Part shown: positions 1 through 9,311 of the stretch, one piece after another
Layout: each line of letters begins with the position of its first letter
Numbering within the stretch: position 1 is the first letter of the stretch
Origin: an uncultured Chloroflexia bacterium
GTDB taxonomy: Bacteria; Chloroflexota; Dormibacteria; Aeolococcales; Aeolococcaceae
Length of the DNA stretch: 64,000 nucleotides
Reading direction: 5' to 3'
Assembly: GCA_963697585.1 (NCBI GenBank)
Contig: CAVOOO010000004.1
Location: 861,990-925,989 of the forward strand
The notes under the pieces: model-generated
Database searches by the model: none
Told to the model about the DNA's origin: nothing
What the model saw: the letters and a program-made list of their open reading frames with translations, nothing else
Position numbers and translations under genes: made by a program

Positions 1-897
1 CATCAGCGAGATGCCCGGGCCGGAGGTCGCGGTCATCGCCCGGGCGCCCGCCCAGCCGGCGCCGAGCACCATCCCGATCGCGGCCAGCTCGTCCTCGGCC
101 TGGATGGCGGCCGAGCGCCTCTCCCCGGTCGACGGGTCGACCCGGTAGCGCTCCGCGTAGCCAATGAAGGCCTCGCAGAGTGACGACGAGGGGGTGATCG
201 GGTACCAGGCGAGGACCGTGCAGCCCGCCACGAGGCTGCCCAGCGCGGCCGCGTGGTTGCCGTCCAGCAGCACCAGGCCCCGGGTGCCGTCCATCGCCGC
301 GACCCGGTAGGGGTCGCTCTTGACCAGGGTCGCGCGGGCGTAGTCGACCCCGATCCGGATGGCGTCCAGGTTGAGGTCCGCAGCCTTCGGCTTGGTCAGG
401 AACTGGTCCCGCACCGCCTGCTCGATCGCCGCCGGATCGAGCCCGATCAGCTCGGCCACCACCCCCACGTAGACCATGTTCTGGAGGTACTTGCGGAGGT
501 CCGGCTTGGCCTCGAGCTTCTCCCGGGCCAGCCGGGCGAAGGGCACCGGATACCACGAGACATCGTCGCGCGCCGCGGCGCCCAGCCGGGGGAAGGTCGC
601 CTCGTGGATGATCGCCCCACCCGGCCGGACGTTGGCGGCGTCCCGCTCCCAGGTGGCCGGGTTCATGGCGATGAGGATGTCGACGGTTCGCTTGCGGGCC
701 TGATAACCCTGCGGCGTCAAGCGGATGTCGTACCAGGTCGGCTGCCCCTCGATGTTGGAGGGGAAGACGTTCTTCGCGGCCACCGGGATGCCCATGCGGA
801 AGAGGGCCTTGGTGATGACCAGATTGGAGGACTGTGACCCCGACCCGTTGACGGTCGCGGCCTGGATGCAGAAATCGTTGACGACATCTCCGGTCAT
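1..897 (-). CDS. 2-oxoacid:ferredoxin oxidoreductase alpha subunit (KorA-like); N-terminal part only, gene runs off the window
   Basis: Reverse-strand translation from the ATG at 895-897 reads MTGDVVNDFCIQAATVNGSGSQ...FPSNIEGQPTWYDIRL...DGNHAAALGSLVAGCTVLAWYPITPSSSL, the OFOR alpha-subunit signature (GNExxAxGAxxAGCxxxAxYPITPSS). The ORF-track frame 894..1928 minus is a different frame and is spurious. Confidence 0.7.
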   Translation of the reverse strand, partial: MTGDVVNDFCIQAATVNGSGSQSSNLVITKALFRMGIPVAAKNVFPSNIEGQPTWYDIRLTPQGYQARKRTVDILIAMNPATWERDAANVRPGGAIIHEATFPRLGAAARDDVSWYPVPFARLAREKLEAKPDLRKYLQNMVYVGVVAELIGLDPAAIEQAVRDQFLTKPKAADLNLDAIRIGVDYARATLVKSDPYRVAAMDGTRGLVLLDGNHAAALGSLVAGCTVLAWYPITPSSSLCEAFIGYAERYRVDPSTGERRSAAIQAEDELAAIGMVLGAGWAGARAMTATSGPGISLM

Positions 898-1100
898 GGG
901 CTCTCCGGACATCCGTGCCGACAGCACCACCACGTTCGCTCGATCCACGAACGCATGTGCATGCCGGTATCATAGCTGTGCAGATTCACGCGGCAGCGCA
1001 AACATCCGTGCGACCAAGCGCCGGCGCCGGTCGATGGTGAGCCCGCCGCACGGAGGGCCATTCGGTGACCTACGTCCCCGCGTCCGACCGCTACCGGTCG

Positions 1101-2090
1101 ATGTCGTACCGCCGCTCGGGCCGGAGCGGGCTCCAACTCCCCCTGATCTCCCTCGGCCTGTGGCAGAACTTCGGCGCGGAGCGGGCCCACAGCGAGAGCC
1201 GGAGCATCGTGCTGCACGCCTTCGATCGCGGGATCACCCATTTCGACCTGGCCAACAACTACGGGCCCCCCTACGGCTCGGCCGAGGAGACCTTCGGGCG
1301 GATCATGGCCACCGACCTGCGGCCCCACCGCGACGAGCTGGTGGTCTCCACCAAGGCCGGCTACGACATGTGGCCCGGCCCCTACGGGGAGGGGGGCTCT
1401 CGCAAGTACCTTCTGGCCAGCCTTGACCAGAGCTTGAAGCGGATGGGGTTGGAGTACGTCGACATCTTCTACTCCCACCGTTACGATCCGGAGACCCCGC
1501 TCGAGGAGACCCTGGGCGCGCTCGATTCGGCGGTGCGCCAGGGCAAGGCCCTGTATGCGGGGATCTCCTCGTACTCGGCCGCCCACACCGAGGCGGCCGC
1601 GGAGATCATGGCCGGCCTGGGCACCCCGATCCTCATCCATCAGCCCTCCTACTCGATGCTGAACCGCTGGATCGAGGGCGGCCTGCTGGACGTCCTCGAG
1701 GAGGAGGGCATCGGCTGCATCGTCTTCTCCCCTCTCGCCCAGGGGATGCTGAGCGACCGCTACCTGAAGGGGATCCCCGCGGGGTCTCGCGCGCACCAGC
1801 GCGGCTCGCTCACCCCGGAGATGCTCTCGGACGAGACCCTGGCCAAGATCCGCGGTCTCAACGAGGTGGCCGCCGGGCGCGGCCAGTCGCTGGCCCAGAT
1901 GGCCGTGGCCTGGGCGCTCCGTGATCACCGGGTGACGTCGGCGCTGATCGGGGTGAGCAGCGCCGCCCAGCTCGATGAGAACCTCGCCGCCCTGGAGCGG
2001 CTCGACTTCAGCGACTCGGAGCTCGCGGAGATCGACCGGTTGGCGACCGAGAGCGGCATCAACCTCTGGGCGGCGTCCAGCCAGGCCTGA
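1101..2090 (+). CDS. aldo/keto reductase (YghZ/Gpr-like L-glyceraldehyde-3-phosphate reductase family)
   Basis: ORF 1065..2090. The preferred start is the ATG at 1101 (MSYRRSGRSGLQLPLISLGLWQNFG, the typical AKR N-terminus). AKR motifs are present: LGLW, GITHFDLANNYG, STKAGYDMWPGPYGEGGSRKYL, IGVSSAAQLDENL. Confidence 0.85.
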   Translation: MSYRRSGRSGLQLPLISLGLWQNFGAERAHSESRSIVLHAFDRGITHFDLANNYGPPYGSAEETFGRIMATDLRPHRDELVVSTKAGYDMWPGPYGEGGSRKYLLASLDQSLKRMGLEYVDIFYSHRYDPETPLEETLGALDSAVRQGKALYAGISSYSAAHTEAAAEIMAGLGTPILIHQPSYSMLNRWIEGGLLDVLEEEGIGCIVFSPLAQGMLSDRYLKGIPAGSRAHQRGSLTPEMLSDETLAKIRGLNEVAAGRGQSLAQMAVAWALRDHRVTSALIGVSSAAQLDENLAALERLDFSDSELAEIDRLATESGINLWAASSQA

Positions 2091-2133
2091 CCGCGGCCGG
2101 ACCCGCCGCCGCCGGCCCGATCCCGGCCTCTCC

Positions 2134-2673
2134 TCAGCGCTGGTAGGTGGCCCGCAGGGTGGCTCGGGCCAGGGTGTGGAAGGCCAGCGTGAAACCGACC
2201 ACGGCCGGGGATGCCAGCCGGTCCAGCCCGAGGTTGTCGGTGTCGACCGCGTGCACCGCGAAGATGTAGCGGTGGGGGCGGTCGCCGGGAGGCGGCGCGG
2301 CCCCGCCGTAGTCGAGGCTGCCGTAGTCGTTGCGCACGTGGAAGGCCCCGGGTGGGAGGGGCGCGTCGGACGCCCCCGCCCCGCGGGCCAGCTCGGTGAC
2401 CGTGACCGGCACTCCGACCATCACCCAGTGCCAGAAGCCGGAGCCGGTCGGGGCGTCGGGGTCGAGGCAGGTGACCGTGAACCCCCGGGTGGCGGACGGA
2501 AACCCGCTCCAGCGCAGTTGCGGGCTCTGGTTCTCGCCGCCGGCGCTGGGGTGGACGTGCAGGTTGTCAAGGGGCCGGCCCTCGGCGATGTCGTCGCTGG
2601 TCAGGGAGAATGCGGGGACCGCGGGGAGCAGCTCGTAGGGGTCGGGGGCGACCGGACGCACGAGTGTGGCCAT
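2134..2673 (-). CDS. YbhB/YbcL-family phosphatidylethanolamine-binding (PEBP/Raf-kinase-inhibitor-like) protein
   Basis: 179-aa ORF with PEBP signature ...DPDAPTGSGFWHWVMVGVP...HRYIFAVHAVD... Confidence 0.75.
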   Translation of the reverse strand: MATLVRPVAPDPYELLPAVPAFSLTSDDIAEGRPLDNLHVHPSAGGENQSPQLRWSGFPSATRGFTVTCLDPDAPTGSGFWHWVMVGVPVTVTELARGAGASDAPLPPGAFHVRNDYGSLDYGGAAPPPGDRPHRYIFAVHAVDTDNLGLDRLASPAVVGFTLAFHTLARATLRATYQR

Positions 2674-2777
2674 CGTGCATTCCTCCTCGTGGGGATGAGC
2701 GCAACCTCAATTCTGCCGCGGCGGGACGGACCGCGCCAGATCAGCCTCGGGGACGGAGCCCGGCTGCCGGTTCGCGG

Positions 2778-3983
2778 TCAGGCGTACGCGTAGTTCTCGG
2801 GCAGAGGACGCGGTGCGGGTGGGCCTGTGTAGATCGCCGACGGGCGGATCAGCCGGTTGTTGCCCGCCTGCTCTACGATCGCCGAGGTCCAGCCCACCGT
2901 CCGGCTGCAGGCGAAGGTGGGGGTGAACATGTCGCGGGCGAGGCCCACCGTGTTCATCACCACCCCGGAGTAGAACTCGACGTTGGTGTAGAGGCGCCGC
3001 CCCGGCTTCAGCTCGCTCAGCACCCGGAGCGCGGTCGCCTCGACATGCTCGGCGAACTCCACCTGCGGGCCGCCCAGCTCGCGGGCCACCTCATGAAGGA
3101 GGACGGAGCGTGGGTCGTCGGTCTTGTAGATCCGGTGGCCGAAACCCATCAGCCGCTGGCCGCCCAGGACCTCGACCCGCAGGTGCTCCTCGGCCCGGTC
3201 GGGCGTTCCGATCGCGTCGAGCATGTCCAGTGCCCGCGACGGTGCACCGCCGTGGAGCGGCCCGGCGAGGGCCCCGATGGCGCCGGTGATCGCGGAGCCC
3301 ATATCGCTGCCGGTGGAGGTGATCACCCGGGCCGTGAAGGTGCTGGAGTTGAAACCGTGGTCCATGGTCGTGATCAGGTACTTCTCCAGGGCGCGCGCGG
3401 CCACCGGCTCCGGGCGCCGGCCGGTGAGCATCTGGAGGTAGGCGGCCGCGTAGCCGAGGTCGCGATCGGGGTCGACCGGCTCCAGGCCCTGGTGGACGCG
3501 GTGCATCCGCATCAGCAGCACCGGGGTGAGCGCGACCATCCGGAGGGCGTCGGCGCGCACCTGGTCCGGGGTCAGGTCGAGGGTCGGCTGGAGGTTGAGG
3601 GCGGTGGCGCTGAGCGATACCGCGGTGCGCAGCGCCCCGAGCGGCGTGTAACCGGGCAGCCTGGCGATCTCGTCCAGGGTGTTGGCGACCCCGCCGGGGA
3701 GGCTCCGGCCGGCCACGGCCTGGTCCTGCAGCCAGCGGAGCTCGCGGGGCCCGGGGAGCTCGCCGACCAGGAGCAGATGCCAGACCTGCTCGAACGAGCA
3801 GTGACGGGCGAGCTCGGTGGCGTCGTAGCCGCGGTAGTGGTAGAAGCCCTCTTCTCCACGGACATCCCCGATCAGGGTCTCGGCCACCGCCACCCCCTCG
3901 AGGCCTCGAGGGGCAAGGACCGGCTGCGCCGACCCGGCGGGCTTGACTTCCTGCGTCTCGCTCACCTGGACCGCTCCTCCCAC
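2778..3983 (-). CDS. citrate synthase (or 2-methylcitrate synthase)
   Basis: 401-aa ORF with LMGFGHRIYKTDDPR catalytic motif, DHGFNSSTFTARVITSTGSD and NVEFYSGVV. The start may be the GTG at 3965, preceded by GGAGGAG, rather than the ATG at 3983. Confidence 0.85.
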   Translation of the reverse strand: MGGAVQVSETQEVKPAGSAQPVLAPRGLEGVAVAETLIGDVRGEEGFYHYRGYDATELARHCSFEQVWHLLLVGELPGPRELRWLQDQAVAGRSLPGGVANTLDEIARLPGYTPLGALRTAVSLSATALNLQPTLDLTPDQVRADALRMVALTPVLLMRMHRVHQGLEPVDPDRDLGYAAAYLQMLTGRRPEPVAARALEKYLITTMDHGFNSSTFTARVITSTGSDMGSAITGAIGALAGPLHGGAPSRALDMLDAIGTPDRAEEHLRVEVLGGQRLMGFGHRIYKTDDPRSVLLHEVARELGGPQVEFAEHVEATALRVLSELKPGRRLYTNVEFYSGVVMNTVGLARDMFTPTFACSRTVGWTSAIVEQAGNNRLIRPSAIYTGPPAPRPLPENYAYA

Positions 3984-4231
3984 TGGATTACCCCTGACTG
4001 ATCCCGAGCAACTCTACACAGTCGTCTCCGCCCACCTCAGGATGGCGAGGCGAAGCCGCCACTGAGCAGCGACTGGTTGGGCTCCGCGCTTCCAAGTTTC
4101 GCGTCAATTCGTCCAGACGATGCTACATCTGAAGACTGCGTCACGGCGTCGTGACGAGCCGTTAAAGCTGCGTTCCCAACTCTCGGAGGCGTTGATAAGC
4201 TCCGCCCCCACACCGATCAGGGATACGGATT

Positions 4232-5404
4232 TTGCGTCGCACCACCCGCCTTCTTCGCAGACTTGCCACCTCCGTCATCGCCGTCGGAGTGCTGGCGGCC
4301 GTCGCGCCGCCCGTAGCTCGGGTCGCCCGTCCCGACGTCCGGCTGACCGACTCCTACGATCAGAAGATCGACCAGCTCCAGCAGCAGTACGACTCGCTGG
4401 GCACCCAGCTGCAGGGGCTCCAGGGCAGCGAGGCCGCCGACAACGCCCAGGCCGCCGCGGTCCAGCAGCAGGTGGCCGCCACCCAGTCCCAGGTCCAGCA
4501 GGTGCAGGCGCAGATCGACCAGCTCAACCTCGACCTGGCCCGCACCGCCGAGGCCATCCAGGTGGACACCGCCAATCTCACTAGCGAGAAGGCGCAGCTC
4601 ACCAAGGTGATGGTCGTCATTTACACGGCCGGCGGCACCGGGGTGGTCAGCGGCCTGGTTCAGAGCCAGAGCATCGCCGAGTTCATGGAGCAGCTTGGTT
4701 CTGCGACCACGGTGAGCAAGAAGTTTCACCAGTTGATCGTTCAGGTCCAGGCCGACCAGCAGCACCTCACCCTCCTGGAGCAGACGCAGCAGGGGAACCT
4801 CAACCAGGCGGCCGCGGCCGAGGATCACCTGGAGACCCTCGAGGCGACGCTCCAGGGACAGGAGGCCCAGCTGAGAGCTGAGGCTGCTTCCCTGGGTGGC
4901 CAGGCCGCCTCTCTGCTGGACCAGCGCCAGTCGCTGCTCAGCCAGATCGCGACCGTCAAGGCGCAGCAGGCGGCCGCGGCAGCGGCTGCGGCTGCCGCCG
5001 CTGCCGCTGCTGCGGCGGCGGCGCATCACGGCGGTGGGGGCGGCGCCTGTGGCGACGTCCTCTGTCCCTTCGCCTTCGGCGACATCCCCGACTCCTTCCC
5101 CTGGGGCCAGTGCACCTGGTATGTCGCGTCGCTGCGCGAGGTCACCTGGTGGGGCAATGCGGACGCCTGGTTCGACAACGCGCAGGGGCAGGGCTACTCG
5201 ACCGGGCACTCGCCCGAGGTCGGAGCCATCGTGGTCTGGGGGTCGGGCAACGGCTACAGCTACTACGGCCACGTCGCCTACGTGGTCGCGGTCGACGGCC
5301 CGAGCGACTTCTACGTTGACGAGGCGAACTACGCCGAGATCCCCGGCCAGCTCGACATGCGCCAGGTGACCACGCTCTCGGACGTCGAGGGCTTCATCTA
5401 CTGA
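4232..5404 (+). CDS. secreted coiled-coil + CHAP-domain peptidoglycan hydrolase (PcsB/RipC-like architecture)
   Basis: N-terminal signal peptide (RRLATSVIAVGVLAAVAPPVA), a long Q/A-rich heptad region, an 18-residue poly-Ala tract, and C-terminal CHAP motifs (FPWGQCTWYVASLR...GHVAYVVAVDG). Putative TTG start at 4232. Confidence 0.75.
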   Translation: MRRTTRLLRRLATSVIAVGVLAAVAPPVARVARPDVRLTDSYDQKIDQLQQQYDSLGTQLQGLQGSEAADNAQAAAVQQQVAATQSQVQQVQAQIDQLNLDLARTAEAIQVDTANLTSEKAQLTKVMVVIYTAGGTGVVSGLVQSQSIAEFMEQLGSATTVSKKFHQLIVQVQADQQHLTLLEQTQQGNLNQAAAAEDHLETLEATLQGQEAQLRAEAASLGGQAASLLDQRQSLLSQIATVKAQQAAAAAAAAAAAAAAAAAAHHGGGGGACGDVLCPFAFGDIPDSFPWGQCTWYVASLREVTWWGNADAWFDNAQGQGYSTGHSPEVGAIVVWGSGNGYSYYGHVAYVVAVDGPSDFYVDEANYAEIPGQLDMRQVTTLSDVEGFIY

Positions 5405-5684
5405 GGGCTCGTCGTCACCCGCGCGGAGCGGGTGCCGGCCGCGACGAGGGAGAGGTGCCGGCACGGGGGGGAACCTCGCTCGATGACCGACGACCGCGTC
5501 GGCAAGTGACATCCGGCCCTGGAGGTTCCACCCCCGGTGCGGGACCCTGGGGATGGCGCCGGAGACCCAGCCACCCCTCGGGGCCGGCCGTGGCGCCGGA
5601 GGTACACGAACCCGTGCCCATCCCTGCCGCGCAGCCCATCCGGGGGGCGATCGCCCCGGCGCTGCCACGCCTCCCGGGCGTGCG

Positions 5685-6992
5685 ATGAACGTGCGGGCGG
5701 CGGGCATCGGCGACGGCGCGCTGGAGGCCCCAGCCGGGATCGACACCGAGGTCGGGGGAGGTCGACGCCCGCTCTCGCGGGGCCGGCGGTGGATGCTGCT
5801 CACGGTGGCGATCGGGCCGGGCCTGATGGTGATGCTCGCCGACACCGACGCCGGCAGCGTGGTCACCGCCGCCCAGTCCGGAGCCCGCTTCGGGTACCGG
5901 CTGCTCCCCCTCGAGCTGCTCCTGATCCCGGTCCTCTACCTGGTGATGGAGCTGACCGTCCGGCTGGGACTGACCACCGGCATGGGCCACGCCGAGCTGA
6001 TCAAGGCGCGATTCGGACGCGGATGGGCCGTCTTCTCGGTGAGCCTCCTGCTGGTCACGAGCGTCGGTGCCATGGTCACCGAGTTCGCGGGGATCGCGGG
6101 CGTCGGCAGCATCGTCGGCCTGCCCCCGCAGCTCATCGTCCCCGGTGCCGCCGCGGTGCTCCTCCTGGTCGTCATCTCCGGCAGCTACCGGCGGGTCGAG
6201 CTCATCGGCATCGGCTTCGGGCTCTTCGAGCTGGCCTTCCTGGTGGCCGCGATCCGGGCTCATCCGGATCCCGGCTCGCTGGCCGGCAGCCTGACCATGG
6301 GTCAGCCACTCGGGAACTCGGCCTACCTGACCCTGGTGGCGGCCAACGTCGGGGCCGTGGTCATGCCGTGGATGATCTTCTACCAGCAGGCCGCGATCCT
6401 GGACAAGGGGATCACCGTCCGGGACCTCCGGTTCGCGCGGATCAACACCGCCATCGGCGCGGTGGTCACCCAGGTGATCATGATCGCCGTCCTCGTGGCA
6501 ACCGGGGCGAGCCTCTTCCACCGGAGCTCTGGATCCCTCAACACCGTCGCCCAGGTCTCCACCGCGCTGACCTCGTCGCTCGGGGCCGCGGGGGGCCGCC
6601 TCGCCTTCTCGATGGGGGTGGCCGGAGCCGCCCTGGTGGCGGCCCTGGTCGTCTCCCTGGGGGCCGCGTGGGCCTTCGCGGAGGTCGCCGGGAAGCCGCG
6701 CAGCCTCAACCGGAGAGTCCGCCAGGAACCCCTCTTCTACGGCGTCTTCACGGGGGCGGTGGGCCTCTCTGCGCTGCTGGTCCTGACCAGCGGGTCGCTG
6801 GTCGGCCTTGCCATCGCCGTCGAGGTTCTCAATGCGCTGCTCCTGCCGATCGTCCTCGTCTTCCTGATCGTGCTGGCCTGGACCACCCTGCCCGCTCCCT
6901 ACCGCCTGCGCGGGTGGGAGAAGCTCCTCCTGCTGGTCGTGACCGCCGCGGTGGTCGGCATGGGGGCGACGCTCGTCATCACCTCGCTCTGA
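5685..6992 (+). CDS. mntH: NRAMP-family divalent metal (Mn2+/Fe2+) transporter
   Basis: ORF 5553..6992. Start set at the ATG at 5685 (MNVRAAGIGD...), because the upstream 44 codons are Arg/Pro-rich. NRAMP hallmarks GPGLMVMLADTDAGS and MPWMIFYQQ; about 11 TM helices. Confidence 0.85.
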   Translation: MNVRAAGIGDGALEAPAGIDTEVGGGRRPLSRGRRWMLLTVAIGPGLMVMLADTDAGSVVTAAQSGARFGYRLLPLELLLIPVLYLVMELTVRLGLTTGMGHAELIKARFGRGWAVFSVSLLLVTSVGAMVTEFAGIAGVGSIVGLPPQLIVPGAAAVLLLVVISGSYRRVELIGIGFGLFELAFLVAAIRAHPDPGSLAGSLTMGQPLGNSAYLTLVAANVGAVVMPWMIFYQQAAILDKGITVRDLRFARINTAIGAVVTQVIMIAVLVATGASLFHRSSGSLNTVAQVSTALTSSLGAAGGRLAFSMGVAGAALVAALVVSLGAAWAFAEVAGKPRSLNRRVRQEPLFYGVFTGAVGLSALLVLTSGSLVGLAIAVEVLNALLLPIVLVFLIVLAWTTLPAPYRLRGWEKLLLLVVTAAVVGMGATLVITSL

Positions 6993-7099
6993 GGCCGCCG
7001 CCCACGCCACCCCGCTCCCAACCACACACGGACCCGCGCTCGAGTCTCCGGACGGCAGCCCGGGGCCTCCAGCCCGTTCATTGCGAGGGCAGACACACT

Positions 7100-7174
7100 T
7101 GGCTGGGGAGGTAGGATTCGAACCTACGATTGGCTGATCCAGAGTCAGCTGCCTTACCACTTGGCCACTCCCCA
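7100..7174 (-). tRNA. tRNA-Gln (anticodon CTG), bacterial type
   Basis: Reverse complement folds as a cloverleaf: TGGGGAG / acceptor CTCCCCA, anticodon loop CTCTGGA (CUG), T-arm GTAGGTTCGAATCCTAC, U1:A72, G73, 3' CCA encoded. Confidence 0.85.
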
Positions 7175-7460
7175 GTGGCGCTGGGGAGTCTAACCGGGCG
7201 CTGTCCCGGGCCGTGAGAAGCAGCGGTTGCCGGCGGGCCCACGGCGACCGCCAGAGTCCTTCCGTCGACCTCGCCGCCGGCGGCGCGCGGCCCGGTCGTG
7301 AGCCCGTCCCTGACCGGCGCGGGGCGATCGCCGAGCTCCCCGCTCCATCCCGGAAAGCCTCGCCCCGAGCCGGCGAGGGTCTCCGCAAGGGACGTCGGCG
7401 GGGCCGTCCAGAGGCCGGTTCGGGATCGCGAGCCGGAGGGGGGCCGCCTATACTGAGGCC

Positions 7461-7793
7461 ATGGATCTGGTCCAGTTGCTCCGGTCCCAGGCGCGGCGAT
7501 ACCGCTGTGTCCAGTGCGGGGAGAGCATGGCCGAGTGCGGCATCAACGTGCTGACCCAGCAGGGCAACCGGGCGCTGGTGCGGGTCACCTGCTCCTCCTG
7601 CAACGACGAGAACCTTCTCCAGATCATCTTCCAGACCGAGGTCGAGGCCTCCGAGGGCGAGGCCGCCGGCGCGCCGGCGGTCGAGGAGCCCGCGCGGGCG
7701 GCGGACCCGATCACGGGCGACGAGATCCTCGACCTCCACGAGATCCTCGCCGGCCATGCCGGCGGGTTCCGGGAGCTCCTGGCCCGCCGCTAG
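7461..7793 (+). CDS. hypothetical small zinc-ribbon protein (CxxC...CxxC)
   Basis: 110-aa ORF with clean composition: RCVQCGESMAECG...VTCSSCNDEN. No recognisable family. Confidence 0.4.
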   Translation: MDLVQLLRSQARRYRCVQCGESMAECGINVLTQQGNRALVRVTCSSCNDENLLQIIFQTEVEASEGEAAGAPAVEEPARAADPITGDEILDLHEILAGHAGGFRELLARR

Positions 7794-7999
7794 GGTTCAT
7801 CCGGGCCGGTTCCGCCGGGGGCTTCCGCCCGCCGCCGGAGAGGCGGTGCGCCGGTCCCGGCGGGCTCTCCCCGAGATCGGCACCCACAGCGCCGTGACGG
7901 ACTGTCAGCAGCCCGTCACGCAACCTCACGCTTCCATCACCCCCCCGGGTGTTACCAATGAGAGCCGAACCGGAAGCCCCGCCGGACGGGCGGGCACGG

Positions 8000-9265
8000 A
8001 TGGAGGCTGTCATGGTCAAGCTCGGCGCTGCCATCCGGCGGGTCTTGGATCGGTTTCTCGTGCGCATCGTCGCCGGGGTGGTGGCGGCCGGCATCGTGGT
8101 GATGGGCCTGATCGTCGCCGCGGTCGCCGCGGTCACCTCCGCCAGCGGGCTGCCGGTCGCATCGGCGGGCCAGGTGCGCACCGCGGCGATCCTGCTCGGC
8201 ATCGCCGGCGTGGTCGTGCTCGGTGTCGTCGCCGCGCTGATCGCGTACCGGGAGACCAGCCACATCCGGGCGCTCGGCCGCCTGGCCCGCCGGGTCGCCG
8301 CCGGCGATGTCGCCGCCCGGGTCACCCCCGGTGGCGCCGCCGAGCTGAAGGAGCTCGGCGCCGCCTCGAACCTGATGGTCGAGCGGCTCGGCGGCATGGT
8401 CGAACGGGTGAGGGAGGTGAGCGGCGAGCTGGCCGCCTCCGCCGCGCGGCTCTCCGACGCGTCCACCCAACTCGTCTCCACCACGGCCGAGCAGACCTCG
8501 GCGGCGGTCGAGACCTCGGCGAGCATGGAGGAGCTGGCCCGCACCTCGGCCCACATCGCGGAGACGGTGGAGCGGGTCGCCACCCAGGCGGCCGAGACCC
8601 GCGACAACCTGGATCGCGCCCACGAGCGCATCCTCACCTCGGGGGAGCGGACGGTCGCCCTCACCGAGCGGGTTCGCGATATCAGCAGGATCCTCGGGCT
8701 GATCAACGAGATCGCGGATCAGACCAATCTGCTCGCCCTCAACGCCGCGATCGAGGCCGCCCGAGCCGGGGAGGCAGGGCGTGGCTTCGCGGTGGTGGCG
8801 GATGAGGTGCGACGCCTTGCCGATCGATCCAAGGCGCTGGCCGCCGACATCTCCACGATCACCGAGAGCGCCGAGTTGGAGACCAGCGCGACCGTCCTCG
8901 CCATGGAGGAGGGCGCCACCCAGCTCCAGATCGGGCTCGGTCTCATGGAGCAGGTCGCCGAGGCCAGCTCGAATGTCCGGCTCGCCACCCAGCAGCAGCG
9001 CTCGGCCACCGAGCAGGTGGTCGAGGCGATGGAGCAGGTGAGCGTGGCCAGCCGTCAGGTGGCGGCGACCGCGCAGGAGATCGCGATCGCGGCCGGAAGC
9101 CAGGCCGAGATGGCGGGCGATCTCCAGATCGTCGCCGCCGCGGGCCCCGAGCCGGGCGCGGAGCCAGCGCCCCCCCCGCTCTCCGCCTTCGACCGCGCCA
9201 CCCATCTGGATGGCGCGGGCACCACCTCCCCCGATCCCCGGCTGGCCCGGGGCGTCGCCGACTGA
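8000..9265 (+). CDS. methyl-accepting chemotaxis protein (2 TM + HAMP + MCP signalling domain)
   Basis: ORF 7949..9265, start taken at the ATG at 8000. Two TM helices, HAMP ([23 protein letters not shown]), and the highly conserved MCP tip [38 protein letters not shown]. Confidence 0.8.
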   Translation: MEAVMVKLGAAIRRVLDRFLVRIVAGVVAAGIVVMGLIVAAVAAVTSASGLPVASAGQVRTAAILLGIAGVVVLGVVAALIAYRETSHIRALGRLARRVAAGDVAARVTPGGAAELKELGAASNLMVERLGGMVERVREVSGELAASAARLSDASTQLVSTTAEQTSAAVETSASMEELARTSAHIAETVERVATQAAETRDNLDRAHERILTSGERTVALTERVRDISRILGLINEIADQTNLLALNAAIEAARAGEAGRGFAVVADEVRRLADRSKALAADISTITESAELETSATVLAMEEGATQLQIGLGLMEQVAEASSNVRLATQQQRSATEQVVEAMEQVSVASRQVAATAQEIAIAAGSQAEMAGDLQIVAAAGPEPGAEPAPPPLSAFDRATHLDGAGTTSPDPRLARGVAD

Positions 9266-9311
9266 TCCGGCTCCGCGGGTTCGCGGGGTGACCGGGGGCG
9301 CCGGCCCGGCC

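Noticed and set aside
894-1928. 344-aa minus-strand ORF overlapping the aldo/keto reductase
   Set aside because: Arg/Gly/Pro-rich antisense shadow of a clearly homologous plus-strand AKR gene. The real minus-strand gene here (KorA) is in another frame and ends at 897.
4966-5025. Imperfect GCN repeat, initially considered as a simple-sequence repeat or CRISPR-like array
   Set aside because: It is in frame within the CHAP-hydrolase gene and encodes the poly-Ala linker. There is no spacer/repeat periodicity.
5415-7757. 780-aa minus-strand ORF
   Set aside because: It runs antisense through mntH and straight across the tRNA-Gln gene. Its composition (R, G, P, D about 50%) is typical of an off-frame high-GC artefact.
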